Shown: in pieces, positions 1-9,711 of the stretch
Numbering within the stretch: the first letter of the stretch is position 1
Layout of the letters: each line of letters begins with the position of its first letter
Origin: Ignavibacteriota bacterium
GTDB lineage: Bacteria > Bacteroidota > Ignavibacteria > Palsa-1295
Length of the DNA stretch: 64,000 nucleotides
Reading direction: 5' to 3'
NCBI GenBank assembly: GCA_963787835.1
Contig: CAWBEI010000003.1
Coordinates: 352,001 to 416,000, forward strand
The notes under the pieces: model-generated
What the model saw: the letters and a program-made list of their open reading frames with translations, nothing else
The model's database searches: none
What the model was told of the DNA's origin: nothing
Made by a program: the position numbers and the translations under genes

Positions 1-521
1 CACGCCACGATCAATTCTTCCAACAGCCGCTTTATCCGAAATGGCGATTCATAGATGACGACGCTTCTATCTTCACCGGCAATTCGAGTAATGCGGGCGC
101 GGCGGCCTTTTTTAAGCGGAAGAAATCCTTCGAAAACAAAGCGGGTCGTATCCATGCCGCTGGCCGAGAGCGCAGCAATGGCGGCACATGCACCGGGAAT
201 GGGCACAATGTCTATCCCAAACCCGATCGCCTCGCGAACGATCGCCCAAGCCGGATCGGAGATACCCGGCGTACCGGCATCCGTTACAACCGCGACGGAG
301 GCACCGGCCCGCAGATCCTCGGCAAGCTCCGCAGCGCGGGATTTCTCGTTATGGGAATGATAGCTTACCAGACGGCGCGGACGAATCCCGTGGCGCTCGA
401 AGAGAATGCGCGCGTGGCGGGTATCCTCACAGGCAACGACGTCCGCTTCCTGCAAAATGCGTATCGCCCGAAGCGAAATGTCTTCGAGATTTCCAATAGG
501 GGTGGCAACAAGGTAAAGCAT
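1..521 (-). CDS. rsmI: 16S rRNA (cytidine1402-2'-O)-methyltransferase RsmI, 3' end outside the window
   Basis: Absent from the ORF track. Manual translation from ATG at 521 gives MLYLVATPIGNLEDISLRAIRILQEADVVACEDTR...AVVTDAGTPGISDP...FVFEGFLP...IYESPFR, the RsmI motifs. Confidence 0.95.
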   Translation of the reverse strand, partial: MLYLVATPIGNLEDISLRAIRILQEADVVACEDTRHARILFERHGIRPRRLVSYHSHNEKSRAAELAEDLRAGASVAVVTDAGTPGISDPAWAIVREAIGFGIDIVPIPGACAAIAALSASGMDTTRFVFEGFLPLKKGRRARITRIAGEDRSVVIYESPFRIKRLLEELIVA

Positions 522-534
522 GTATAGCGCAAAT

Positions 535-600
535 GTAGCGCAAACTTCAGTTTGCGATCTTGCATTAAGACCCCAAATCGCAAACTAAAGTTTGCGCAAC
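535..600. repeat. Inverted pair of REP-like palindromes (REPIN-like)
   Basis: GTAG-CGCAAAC-TTCA-GTTTGCG at 535-556 (+) and GTTG-CGCAAAC-TTTA-GTTTGCG at 600-579 (-). A third copy lies at 54896-54917. Confidence 0.8.
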
Positions 601-646
601 AATCGCGAACCACCTTTTGCCTTGCTCCTGTTCTCTTTAAGTTATT

Positions 647-3600
647 ATGCGCGTTAAAACCCTTCTCGGTTTCCTTTTGGTGTCAGCCTTTTTGTCCGGG
701 CCGGCGTGGGCGCAGCCGTCCCCAACTATTCTTTGGCAAAAATGCCTCGGTGGAAGCGGAGACGACGTAGCCGAATCCGTCATTCAAACTAAGGATGGAG
801 GTTTCGCCGTCGCCGGATATACCGACTCCCAGGATAGTGATGTAAGCGGGAATCACGGAGCAGTGGATTTTTGGGTTGTTAAACTGAACTCCATAGGTGA
901 TCTCGAATGGGCGAAATGTTACGGTGGGTCAGGATCCGATTTTGGCTATTCGATTATCCAAACGTTCGATGGTGGATTTGCCGTTGCGGGTGAAACCTAC
1001 TCTTCTGACGGGCAGGTCACCGGGAATCACGGCGGAGGTGATGCGTGGGTGATTAAGCTCGACGACACCGGAGCGCTTCAGTGGCAAAAATGTCTTGGGG
1101 GATCTTTGGGAGATTGGTTCAGTTCCATCGTGCAAACCGCCGACAGCGGATTTGTTGCAGCAGGAAGTACATATTCCAACGATGGCGATGTTTCGGGAAA
1201 TCATTCTTCGAACAGAGACTGCTGGATAGTAAAGCTTAATAGCAAAGGATTTTTTCAATGGCAAAAATGCCTCGGAAGCGATGGAGGTGATTTTGCTACT
1301 TCAATCATCAATACTACCGATGGCGGGTTTGCATTTACTGGCACGGTCAGTGAGAACGATGGAGATGTAAGCGGATTTCATGGATCAACATGGTGGGACG
1401 TTTGGGTCGTTAAACTCGATGATTCTGGGAAAATAGAGTGGCAACAGTGTCTCGGCGGGACTATGGCTGAAACCGGGTGGTCTATTATTCAAACCAAAGA
1501 CGGAGGTTTTGCAGTTGGATGCCAGACTACTTCGAATGATGATGAAGTATCTGGGAATCATGGCAAGAACGATTTTTGGGTTGTGAAGCTCGATGATGTG
1601 GGCGATATTCAATGGCAGAAATGTCTTGGCGGCTCTTTCGATGATGTCCCTAACTCAATCATCCAAACTACCGACGGAGGATTTGCGCTTGCCGGTCAAA
1701 CCCAATCGAATGATGATGATGTGTCGGGAAATTACGGAACCGCGAACGAGTGGGTGGTAAAAATCAATGACACCGGTGCCATTCAATGGCAAAAGTGTCT
1801 CGGTGGGACTGCTTCGGATATGGCGAACTCCATCATCCAAATTGCAGATGGCAATTATGTAGTGGCCGGCTATGTAAGTTCCGACGATGGCGATGTTTCT
1901 GGTCATATCAATGGCGAAGATATGTGGGTCGTAGAACTCGCTCCGCCGAATGCGCCAGTAATTAGTTACATCACCCCCGATGCCGGCGCGCCGGGCATGT
2001 GTGTGGCTGTGGAGATTATTGGCCCGGATAGCAACCAAAGTAATTTCGGCAATGGCGCTGACCAGATCTATCTCAATACCGATACGCTTGTCACGCTGGC
2101 GCGCCCGAGCGACAGCGCGCTTGTTCGGCTTGGCCCAGGGTACACAAGCTGGAATTCCCGAATGATCCAGCAAATGTTCATGATCGAGCCGTACTCCGGG
2201 ACGATCGACACGGAGATTTATTTTCAGGTTACCTCGAACGGAGAGACCAGCGCGATCGATAGCTTCCGTATTGTATCTCCGGCGCCGGCCATTATTCAAA
2301 ATGGCGGCGGTGTGCTTCAGACCAATGGCCGCACCGTGCGCAATACCTTGGTCGTCGATTCCCTTATTCTGTCGAATGGAACTTTTACTTGCCCAGTAAC
2401 CGATCCTGATCCTAAGACCCCTGGAAACCAGGGATATTTGCCGCTAAGAATTCTGTCAATGGGCCCCATTCGCCTTACCAATGCTACGCTTAGTGCCGAT
2501 GGATCCTCTGGCACTACTAACACAAGCGGTGGTAATGGCGGACCCGGCGGCGGCGGCGGCGGTAGCGGCTATCCCGGCTCTGGTGGCGCTGGCTTTACCG
2601 GCGGCGGCGGCGATAACGATAATGCGAACGGACCCGGCGGCGCAGGCAGCGGTTCCATGACTGGCAGCAGCAATTGGCACGGCGGCGGGAGCATTAATGG
2701 CGCGTTCGGCGGCCTCGGCGAGCAGCATACGTCTGGCGGTGGCGACGATGGCGGCGGCGGCGGCACCGGACATCCCTTCGGCACAAGCGGGCAGAATGGC
2801 AACGCAAGCTCCAGCCCTGCGGGAGGTTACGGCGCAGGATCAGCAGGTGGAAGTACTTCGAATTATCTGACCAATTATGGCGGCGGCGGTGGCGCTAATG
2901 AAGGACCCGGAGCTCCCGGACAAGGCACCGGAGACAATGCCGGACAGGTGGTTGGAAACCCAATGCTCATACCGCTCTTTGGTGGCTCCGGCGGCGGCGC
3001 TGGCAACCAAACGTACGTCAGCTTTCTCACTAAATCGAGTGGTGGATGCGGCGGCGGCGGCGGCGGCGCGATCGAGTTGACCTGTTTCAAAAATCTGGAC
3101 ATCCTGAGCAGCAATATCACGGCCCGCGGTGGAAATGGATCGAACGCGGTTGTAGTGGAATCGGCCGCAGGTGGAGGAGGGGGTTCCGGCGGAGCGATCT
3201 CGATTGACGCTCGGGACTCGATCGTAATCGATACCAGTTCCTCCTTTATTGTAACTCCAGGCCAGTCCGGAACGAGCTCCGATACCTATTCCGATGGAGG
3301 ACATGGCGGGTTGGGTCGTGTCCGCATCAATGGCTTCGTCTCAAAAGCGGCTACAGATTCTACCTATCATTTCTTTCTCTCACAAAATGGGTTTGCAGGG
3401 CCATCCATTCAGCGTATCTCCTTTACAAAGGATTCGTTCTACGTTCACGCCCATGCGGCGTATTGGGACAGCGTTCCCAAGAACCCGATCTCTGTTGTGG
3501 TGTTTTGGTATTGGCCAAGCGTGGGATTTTGGCAATCGGGAAATGCAAATTTCACCTTCGATCCTGCCAGCCATACAGGTGGATGGTTATTGGGTGATAC

Positions 3601-6346
3601 ACTCCCCTCCGACCTGAGAGACTCTGAATTGTATGCCGTCGTGGTTCTGAACCCCACAAACCCGGTCACTGGAACCTTCACTGATATTCCTGTGGGAGTC
3701 ATGTCCCACACAAGCGGCATCATTGCTAAAGTGACAGGACCCCCACAAGTGCTCGTCGTACAAACGGCGATCGACTTTGGGAAGGTCGTGACCAATAGGT
3801 GTTCAGCCGATACCACCATCGAAGTGTACTCGGTCGGAAAATCGGCGCTTGGGATTGATTCCGCAAAGATCATCGGTCCTCAGGCTTCTCAGTTCAAATT
3901 AATGACGGCATTACCCGTCTCGATATCGCCTGGAGATTCCCAGGCCGTAACGGTTCGCTTCTGCCCGGATTCCGTCAAGTGTCCGATGAATGCCACACTT
4001 CGTGTATTCACCGAAGCGGGAGCGCAAAATATTTCACTCACCGGCTGTGGCGTTCAGCCGGAGATGATCATCAAGCCGATATCACTCTTCTTTGGTCGTG
4101 TGCATATCGGCGAGTGTAAAGATTCGTTCGTGACAGTTTCGAATCCCGGCAACGATACGCTTACCATATCATCCGAAAGTATCGTCGATCCCAGGTTCAA
4201 AGTGCTCGATCCGCTTCCGATCATCGTGCCTCCTGGCGATAGCACCCATTTGAATTTGCAATTCTGCCCCACCGACACGATCATCAGAATCGCTGGGGAT
4301 TCTATTATTGGAGATGCGCCGCAAAGCCCGTATTTCCTCATGCTTACCGGTGAAGGAAAGATCGGAATTTTATCCTTGCCTAAGATCATAGACTTTGGCG
4401 ACGTTCGCGAGGGAACCTGCAAAGATTCCATCATTTATGCGGTCAATGTGGGCAATGATTCCATGATCGTCCAGAGCGACCCGATCACAGCGTCGGGATT
4501 TACCGCGATCTCACCAATATTACCACAAGTGTTACAGCCGAACGATTCGTTATCATTCGACATCCGTTTTTGCTCGACCGATACCGGAAGCTTCCAGGCC
4601 ACTATGACGGTGGGAACGGATATACCAAGCACGGATACGGTCATCTTGCTTGCGCATACGGGACTTGGTATCCTCCAGATCCCGGATACTATTGATTTTG
4701 GTTCCGTGGCCATTGGAGGCTGTCTCGATTCTGCTGTTCAAGTGAAGAATGTAGGAACCGATACACTCGTGCTCGCCGCAGATTCTGAGTTTAAAGCACC
4801 GTTCTCCTATCAGGGTCCCTCCCCGTTTACGCTCGCCCCCGGCGAGGCATCGACCGTTACGCTTCGCTTCTGCCCGACAGACTCTTCCGAGGCGATCGAA
4901 ACGACGCACTTCGATACTATCGGTTCCGGCACAAGCAAGAACTTTACCATGATTGGCAATGGGATCAAGGGTGCGCTTTCCACATCCGGTGCGATCGATG
5001 TTGGCTGTGTCGTACTGGGTTCATCGGTCACGCGGACTGATACGATACGAAATACTGGCACCGTCCCAATTCAGGGCCTCACCGCAACGATAACTCCGGT
5101 GGGTGCGGCAACCATCGTACACAATCCGGTGAGTTCCCTCGCTCCGGGTGCGGTGGATTCCGTCGTAGTTGTGATTCCCACGTCAATGCTTGGACCGCTC
5201 ACTGCCACGCTCACCCTTTCCTGGATGAATGGAATTCCCGTCACCGTTCCAATCACTGCAGAAGTATCCGTACCTCCGGCGATTATGTCGCTCGACACCT
5301 CCGTCGCTTTCGATTCCACCAAGGTGGGCGATACCAGTGTTACCAAGTGTATTCAGATCACGAACTACTCGTGCATCCCGATTCCGCTCGATCATTTCGT
5401 AGTTACAGGCGCTTCTTCAAACGAATTTGAAATTATATCGAACAACAACTCCTCCACCATTGCTGATAGCCTGATCGCAACAGTCTGCGTTCAGTTCAAA
5501 CCAGTTCGTGGTGGCATGGCTTCTGGAACACTTGTCGCCGTCAGCGGCGCCGATACTATTTCTCTCTCCACGCTATCTGGGTTCGGCATTGGGCAGATCG
5601 TCGGAGTTGAACTTGCGATCGATACCATCGCGGGAAGGCCCGGTGACATCGTCAATGTTCCTGTTCGAACACTGAATGATGTGACGGCCGCAAGTATCGA
5701 CACGGTGATCTTCCGTGTCTCATTCAATCCGATGCAGCTCGATCTGAAAGCTCCCATCGCAGCAACAACATCGAGTATTCAATCCTCCACTGCTCCGACG
5801 TACACCACAAAAATCTATTCGATCGGCGATAAGGAGATCACGGGGATGTTCACAAGTCCTCTTACAGGCACACCAATCATCGCGGAACTTCCATTCGAGA
5901 TATTACAGCCAACGGCCAATACTGCTGGGGTTCACCTGGTCAGCGCTTCGTTCGGTTCTTCACTGGCAACATTGGCCTCCTCTTCCGATGGTGTCATTCA
6001 GATCGAACAATGCGATACCAACGATCGCGTGGCACTTGCGCCCTCACCGATCGATGTGGAGCAGAATAATCCGAATCCGTTCGGCCCTCGATCGACGGTT
6101 ACGGTAAATGTGAACACGGCTGGGCATCTCAAGCTCGAAATCTATAATGCGCTTGGGGTCCGAGTGGTCGTTCCATTCGATGGTAATGTTGACATAGGAA
6201 CCCAAACAATCGTGCTTGATGCCAGCGCTCTGCCCAGCGGTGCCTATCGCTACATCACTACCTGGACTTCCACAGACGCTGCCTCCTCAAGCTTCGAACC
6301 GACGATCGTTCGAGACGAAAAGACCATGATCGTACTCGGTGAGTAA
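647..6346 (+). CDS. Large T9SS-secreted surface protein: 7-repeat beta-propeller, glycine-rich domain, ~6 choice-of-anchor-D/ASH Ig-like domains, cohesin-like domain, T9SS type A CTD
   Basis: Signal peptide ending AWA|Q. Seven ~59-aa W(Q/A)(K/Q)C(L/Y)G repeats, a GGxGG-rich block and repeated DFGxVxxGxC...N.G...RFCP units. C-terminus QNNPNPF...IYNALG...LPSGAYRY. Confidence 0.85.
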   Translation: MRVKTLLGFLLVSAFLSGPAWAQPSPTILWQKCLGGSGDDVAESVIQTKDGGFAVAGYTDSQDSDVSGNHGAVDFWVVKLNSIGDLEWAKCYGGSGSDFGYSIIQTFDGGFAVAGETYSSDGQVTGNHGGGDAWVIKLDDTGALQWQKCLGGSLGDWFSSIVQTADSGFVAAGSTYSNDGDVSGNHSSNRDCWIVKLNSKGFFQWQKCLGSDGGDFATSIINTTDGGFAFTGTVSENDGDVSGFHGSTWWDVWVVKLDDSGKIEWQQCLGGTMAETGWSIIQTKDGGFAVGCQTTSNDDEVSGNHGKNDFWVVKLDDVGDIQWQKCLGGSFDDVPNSIIQTTDGGFALAGQTQSNDDDVSGNYGTANEWVVKINDTGAIQWQKCLGGTASDMANSIIQIADGNYVVAGYVSSDDGDVSGHINGEDMWVVELAPPNAPVISYITPDAGAPGMCVAVEIIGPDSNQSNFGNGADQIYLNTDTLVTLARPSDSALVRLGPGYTSWNSRMIQQMFMIEPYSGTIDTEIYFQVTSNGETSAIDSFRIVSPAPAIIQNGGGVLQTNGRTVRNTLVVDSLILSNGTFTCPVTDPDPKTPGNQGYLPLRILSMGPIRLTNATLSADGSSGTTNTSGGNGGPGGGGGGSGYPGSGGAGFTGGGGDNDNANGPGGAGSGSMTGSSNWHGGGSINGAFGGLGEQHTSGGGDDGGGGGTGHPFGTSGQNGNASSSPAGGYGAGSAGGSTSNYLTNYGGGGGANEGPGAPGQGTGDNAGQVVGNPMLIPLFGGSGGGAGNQTYVSFLTKSSGGCGGGGGGAIELTCFKNLDILSSNITARGGNGSNAVVVESAAGGGGGSGGAISIDARDSIVIDTSSSFIVTPGQSGTSSDTYSDGGHGGLGRVRINGFVSKAATDSTYHFFLSQNGFAGPSIQRISFTKDSFYVHAHAAYWDSVPKNPISVVVFWYWPSVGFWQSGNANFTFDPASHTGGWLLGDTLPSDLRDSELYAVVVLNPTNPVTGTFTDIPVGVMSHTSGIIAKVTGPPQVLVVQTAIDFGKVVTNRCSADTTIEVYSVGKSALGIDSAKIIGPQASQFKLMTALPVSISPGDSQAVTVRFCPDSVKCPMNATLRVFTEAGAQNISLTGCGVQPEMIIKPISLFFGRVHIGECKDSFVTVSNPGNDTLTISSESIVDPRFKVLDPLPIIVPPGDSTHLNLQFCPTDTIIRIAGDSIIGDAPQSPYFLMLTGEGKIGILSLPKIIDFGDVREGTCKDSIIYAVNVGNDSMIVQSDPITASGFTAISPILPQVLQPNDSLSFDIRFCSTDTGSFQATMTVGTDIPSTDTVILLAHTGLGILQIPDTIDFGSVAIGGCLDSAVQVKNVGTDTLVLAADSEFKAPFSYQGPSPFTLAPGEASTVTLRFCPTDSSEAIETTHFDTIGSGTSKNFTMIGNGIKGALSTSGAIDVGCVVLGSSVTRTDTIRNTGTVPIQGLTATITPVGAATIVHNPVSSLAPGAVDSVVVVIPTSMLGPLTATLTLSWMNGIPVTVPITAEVSVPPAIMSLDTSVAFDSTKVGDTSVTKCIQITNYSCIPIPLDHFVVTGASSNEFEIISNNNSSTIADSLIATVCVQFKPVRGGMASGTLVAVSGADTISLSTLSGFGIGQIVGVELAIDTIAGRPGDIVNVPVRTLNDVTAASIDTVIFRVSFNPMQLDLKAPIAATTSSIQSSTAPTYTTKIYSIGDKEITGMFTSPLTGTPIIAELPFEILQPTANTAGVHLVSASFGSSLATLASSSDGVIQIEQCDTNDRVALAPSPIDVEQNNPNPFGPRSTVTVNVNTAGHLKLEIYNALGVRVVVPFDGNVDIGTQTIVLDASALPSGAYRYITTWTSTDAASSSFEPTIVRDEKTMIVLGE

Positions 6347-6388
6347 GGCTAACTTCTCTTTCACAATTCGTAATTCTTAATTGACCTC

Positions 6389-6796
6389 ATGGTTTACGTC
6401 ACGCGCAAAGCACATTTTTCCGCGGCCCATCGCCTGTTCAATCCGGAATTTACAGATGAGCAGAATGAGGCCATCTTCGATAAGTGTAACAATCCTCATG
6501 GCCACGGACATAATTATACCATTGAAGTGACCGTCGCCGGTGATCCTGATCCGAACACGGGTTACGTGATCGATCTGAAAAAACTTAGTGAATTGATCGA
6601 AGAGGTCATTCTAACGAAAGTCGATCATAAGCACCTCAACTTCGACGTGCCGGAACTGGAAGAGATCATTCCCACCGCAGAGAATATTGCTCTCGTTTTT
6701 TGGTCTATCCTTAACCCCCGTATCACCGAAGGAGCACTTTACAAGATCCGCGTTGCAGAGAGCGATAATAACTTTGTCGAGTATTTGGGCAAATAA
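6389..6796 (+). CDS. 6-pyruvoyl-tetrahydropterin synthase / QueD family protein
   Basis: [24 protein letters not shown] and PTAENIA motifs; adjacent to folE. Confidence 0.92.
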   Translation: MVYVTRKAHFSAAHRLFNPEFTDEQNEAIFDKCNNPHGHGHNYTIEVTVAGDPDPNTGYVIDLKKLSELIEEVILTKVDHKHLNFDVPELEEIIPTAENIALVFWSILNPRITEGALYKIRVAESDNNFVEYLGK

Positions 6797-6822
6797 GATT
6801 TTATAAGACACATTTTAGAATA

Positions 6823-7503
6823 ATGACTCCCGTAACGACCCTTCCTGAACGCACCATCGATCTGCAAGATGTTCCCACGGCCGAACGGGAGGAACTTCTT
6901 TCTTCTCCTTGCACGCTGGGCCCGGCCGAGAACGAGCCGGATTCCAACCCCGAACTTCGAAAGGCCACGCGAACTATCCTGCAAGAGATCGGCGAAAATC
7001 CGGATCGCGCCGGTTTGTGGCGCACCCCGCACCGCGTCGCACGATCATGGGAATTTTTGACAAGCGGCTATACCGCTAACATCGAAAAGATATTGAACGG
7101 GGCCATCTTCGAAGAGCAGTACGATGAAATGGTGGTCGTAAAAGACATTGACTTTTTCTCGATGTGCGAGCACCATTTGCTGCCATTCTTTGGCCGCGCG
7201 CATATTGCGTATATCCCGAACGGAAAGATCGTTGGGTTATCGAAACTGCCGCGCATCGTCGAAGTATTTGCTCGGCGCTTACAGGTGCAGGAACGCATGA
7301 CGCGAGAGATCGCGAACACGATCGTCCACCATCTCGACCCGATCGGCGTAGCCGTCGTCTGTGAGGCACGGCACATGTGCATGATGATGCGTGGCGTCGA
7401 AAAACAAAATTCCGTCACAACGACAAGCGCCATGCTCGGCGCATTCAAGCAGCCCCAGACCCGTGCGGAATTTATGACGCTTATCGGAAGTAAATTGCTC
7501 TAG
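6823..7503 (+). CDS. folE: GTP cyclohydrolase I
   Basis: [35 protein letters not shown] and HMCMMMRGV motifs. Confidence 0.97.
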   Translation: MTPVTTLPERTIDLQDVPTAEREELLSSPCTLGPAENEPDSNPELRKATRTILQEIGENPDRAGLWRTPHRVARSWEFLTSGYTANIEKILNGAIFEEQYDEMVVVKDIDFFSMCEHHLLPFFGRAHIAYIPNGKIVGLSKLPRIVEVFARRLQVQERMTREIANTIVHHLDPIGVAVVCEARHMCMMMRGVEKQNSVTTTSAMLGAFKQPQTRAEFMTLIGSKLL

Positions 7504-7573
7504 GGATCGCGTTCCGTTATCTATTCATAGTGTGCGGAATTCAACAACGACACAAGATGGTTAATATTTTGCT

Positions 7574-8230
7574 ATGATCGTCACTACGGATGCAATTATT
7601 CTTCGTGGCCGTAAACAAGGCGACACCTCGAAGCTTGCCACACTCTACACGCGAGATTTTGGTAAGATCGATGTGATCGCCAAAGGCGCTCGCGAGCAAA
7701 AAAGCAAGTTCGGCGGAGCACTGGAGATGTTTTCCTATTCACGCGTAGTGCTCTATAAGAACAACAAGCCGGATACGCTCAGTTTGCTTTCTAAAGCCGA
7801 GACGATCGAGCCCAATCACGGCATTCTTCGCAGCCTGGAACGGATCGAAACGGCAACGAGCATCGTCGAGCTGGTCTTACGAGCAATGCACGATGAAGAA
7901 GCGAACAGCGATCTGTTCGATTTGCTTTCCACGACGCTACAGGCGATCGCACAATGGGAGAATGAATCGGCGCGCGCAGTCCAGTTTCGGTTTTATCTTC
8001 AATTCGCGCGGCAGATGGGGTTTGAAGTCGATCTCGGACCCGGCCAAAAATTATCGAATCGTTCCCTTGGGCTGCTCCGCTCGATCGAGGAAAGCACCGC
8101 AGAAGCCGCCGGGATCTCCGAAGCAGATTACAAGCAACTATCCTATTTTTTTCAGAGTTATTTTGCCGACCATCTCCCCGGAGTCAGCGTGCGATCGATG
8201 AAGAGTGCGAAGGTCTTTGACCAATTGTAA
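7574..8230 (+). CDS. recO: DNA repair protein RecO
   Basis: N-terminal OB fold (TDAIILR...GDTSKLATLYTRDFGKIDVIAKGAR..KSKFGGALE) plus helical domain. No CxxC zinc finger present. Confidence 0.9.
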   Translation: MIVTTDAIILRGRKQGDTSKLATLYTRDFGKIDVIAKGAREQKSKFGGALEMFSYSRVVLYKNNKPDTLSLLSKAETIEPNHGILRSLERIETATSIVELVLRAMHDEEANSDLFDLLSTTLQAIAQWENESARAVQFRFYLQFARQMGFEVDLGPGQKLSNRSLGLLRSIEESTAEAAGISEADYKQLSYFFQSYFADHLPGVSVRSMKSAKVFDQL

Positions 8231-8274
8231 TCAGGATATGAGAGTTCATTTCCTACTTTGTTCCTACCGAGAAT

Positions 8275-8943
8275 ATGACCAGAATACTTATCGCTGATGA
8301 CCATGCGATCGTCCGGGCAGGACTGAAGCAGATCGTTCAGCAGACTTCCGATATTGTTGTGGTCGAAGAGGCGAGCAATGCCGCCGAAACGCTGGAAAAG
8401 GTTCGAAGCCTTCTGCTGAGTGACTGCGACCGCCCAAAACTCGATCTCTTATTACTCGATATTTCCATGCCCGGCAGATCGGGGCTTGATGTACTCATTG
8501 AAGTAAAGCGGGATTATCCGAATTTGCAGGTATTAGTGCTAAGTTTTCATCCCGAAGAACAGTATGCGCTCCGCATGTTGAAGGCCGGGGCTTCCGGATA
8601 CGTTACAAAAGAGAGTGCGTCGGATGAACTTATTCTTGCTATTCGCAAAGTTTCCTCCGGCGGGCGCTACATGAGCATGCAGCTTGCCGAAAAATTGGTG
8701 TTTGGGATGGTTGAGGATGGCCAGGTCCTTCCGCACGAGGCGTTATCGAATCGCGAATTCCAGGTATTCCGGTTAATAGCTTCGGGGAAAACTATCAAAG
8801 AGATCGGGGAGCAATTGTCACTGTCCGTCAAAACCATTTCTACGAATCGAACGCGCGTAATGGAAAAAATGGGTATTCACAACAACTCAGAAATGACACA
8901 ATATGCAATTGCCCACAATTTACTTGATGGTATGAGTGATTAA
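8275..8943 (+). CDS. NarL/FixJ-family response regulator (REC + LuxR HTH), GacA/UvrY-like; no cognate kinase in the window
   Basis: ILIADDHAIVRAGLKQ, LLDISMPGRSG (phospho-Asp), GASGYVTK and LSNREFQVFRLIASGKT...LSVKTIST motifs. Confidence 0.93.
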   Translation: MTRILIADDHAIVRAGLKQIVQQTSDIVVVEEASNAAETLEKVRSLLLSDCDRPKLDLLLLDISMPGRSGLDVLIEVKRDYPNLQVLVLSFHPEEQYALRMLKAGASGYVTKESASDELILAIRKVSSGGRYMSMQLAEKLVFGMVEDGQVLPHEALSNREFQVFRLIASGKTIKEIGEQLSLSVKTISTNRTRVMEKMGIHNNSEMTQYAIAHNLLDGMSD

Positions 8944-8962
8944 AATGAATTTGCTTTTAGCA

Positions 8963-9057
8963 ATGTAGTCTAATGTCCTACATATAATTGCTATTACTCC
9001 TACAAAAAATACGTCCATTCGCCTATTGTGTCTAATGAGGGAAATTCCGTAAGTTTG
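8963..9057 (+). promoter_or_regulatory. Putative regulator-binding sites plus Bacteroidota-type primary promoter
   Basis: Palindrome ATGTAG-N9-CTACAT (8963-8983). CCTA half-sites at 8977, 8999 and 9022 (22-23 bp apart). TTG at 9026-9028, 21 nt before a perfect TAnnTTTG -7 element (TAAGTTTG, 9050-9057). Confidence 0.6.
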
Positions 9058-9061
9058 TATC

Positions 9062-9193
9062 GAGAAAAACGTCAAGCTTATTGAAATGGCCGGATCTTGA
9101 GACCGACCATTTTTACAAGATTTTTCTCTCCCACATATTGACGGACCAGGCCCCGGGGCTACTCTCGTAAGAGAGAACCGGGGTCTTTTTTTT
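9062..9193 (+). ncRNA. Putative structured small RNA
   Basis: Lies between the promoter and an intrinsic terminator, with no ORF. Long hairpin 9077-9119; complementary segments GAGAAAAA/TTTTTCTC and CGTCAA/TTGACG. Confidence 0.55.
9149..9193 (+). terminator. Intrinsic terminator
   Basis: GGCCCCGG...CTCTC-GTAA-GAGAG...CCGGGGTC followed by T8. Confidence 0.85.
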
Positions 9194-9248
9194 AAAAGCC
9201 CGTCCCGAAGGTCTTTCGAACCTATATCCGATTTAATCGCCGCTATTC

Positions 9249-9524
9249 TTAGCTTTTGGCCGACTTGATAGGTGTAAAACTCATCCGGTATCCGAGCAGG
9301 GAAAGGATCTGGATCAGCTTATCCAGCGAGAAATGCCGCCGTTTGGCCAGCACGTTCGATAGCGTCCCGCTATCGATACCCATTTGCTTGCAGATACGAT
9401 AGCGCGAAATACCTGTTTTATCGTTAGCCTGATCGAGCAGATCTCTCAGGTCGTCCCTGTAATCCCGAATGGATTCAAGCCCATTTGCATCGCTTGCATC
9501 AATGTTCATTTCTTGGTCGTTCAT
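9249..9524 (-). CDS. Small XRE/Cro-like helix-turn-helix protein
   Basis: GISRYRICKQMGIDSGTLSNVLAKRRHFSLDKLIQILSLLG matches the XRE HTH pattern. Confidence 0.75.
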   Translation of the reverse strand: MNDQEMNIDASDANGLESIRDYRDDLRDLLDQANDKTGISRYRICKQMGIDSGTLSNVLAKRRHFSLDKLIQILSLLGYRMSFTPIKSAKS

Positions 9525-9711
9525 AGTATAGGTCTTCTATTCTTTGCTTTTCTTTCCACAAGGCATCGGTACCGTGCGGAGATTGAGCTAATTTCGCTCC
9601 AGTTTCAGTATTTTCCGCCCCATTGGCAGATCGAAAGCTGAACGCAGCTCTCCGAATGGTATTCTTAACAACAAGCTTGTCATAAAAAAGCCCATTTTTT
9701 TGCCCAGTGAA

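Noticed and set aside
55-770. Track ORFs 55..360, 188..499, 365..613, 552..770 and the many other short antisense or overlapping ORFs in the window
   Set aside because: They are shadow frames of well-supported genes (here rsmI and the adhesin) with no recognisable motifs.
9040-9200. Known riboswitch (c-di-GMP, TPP, SAM, cobalamin) or leader peptide
   Set aside because: Consensus motifs were not recognised, there is no downstream co-oriented gene to regulate, and the only ATG gives 4 codons.
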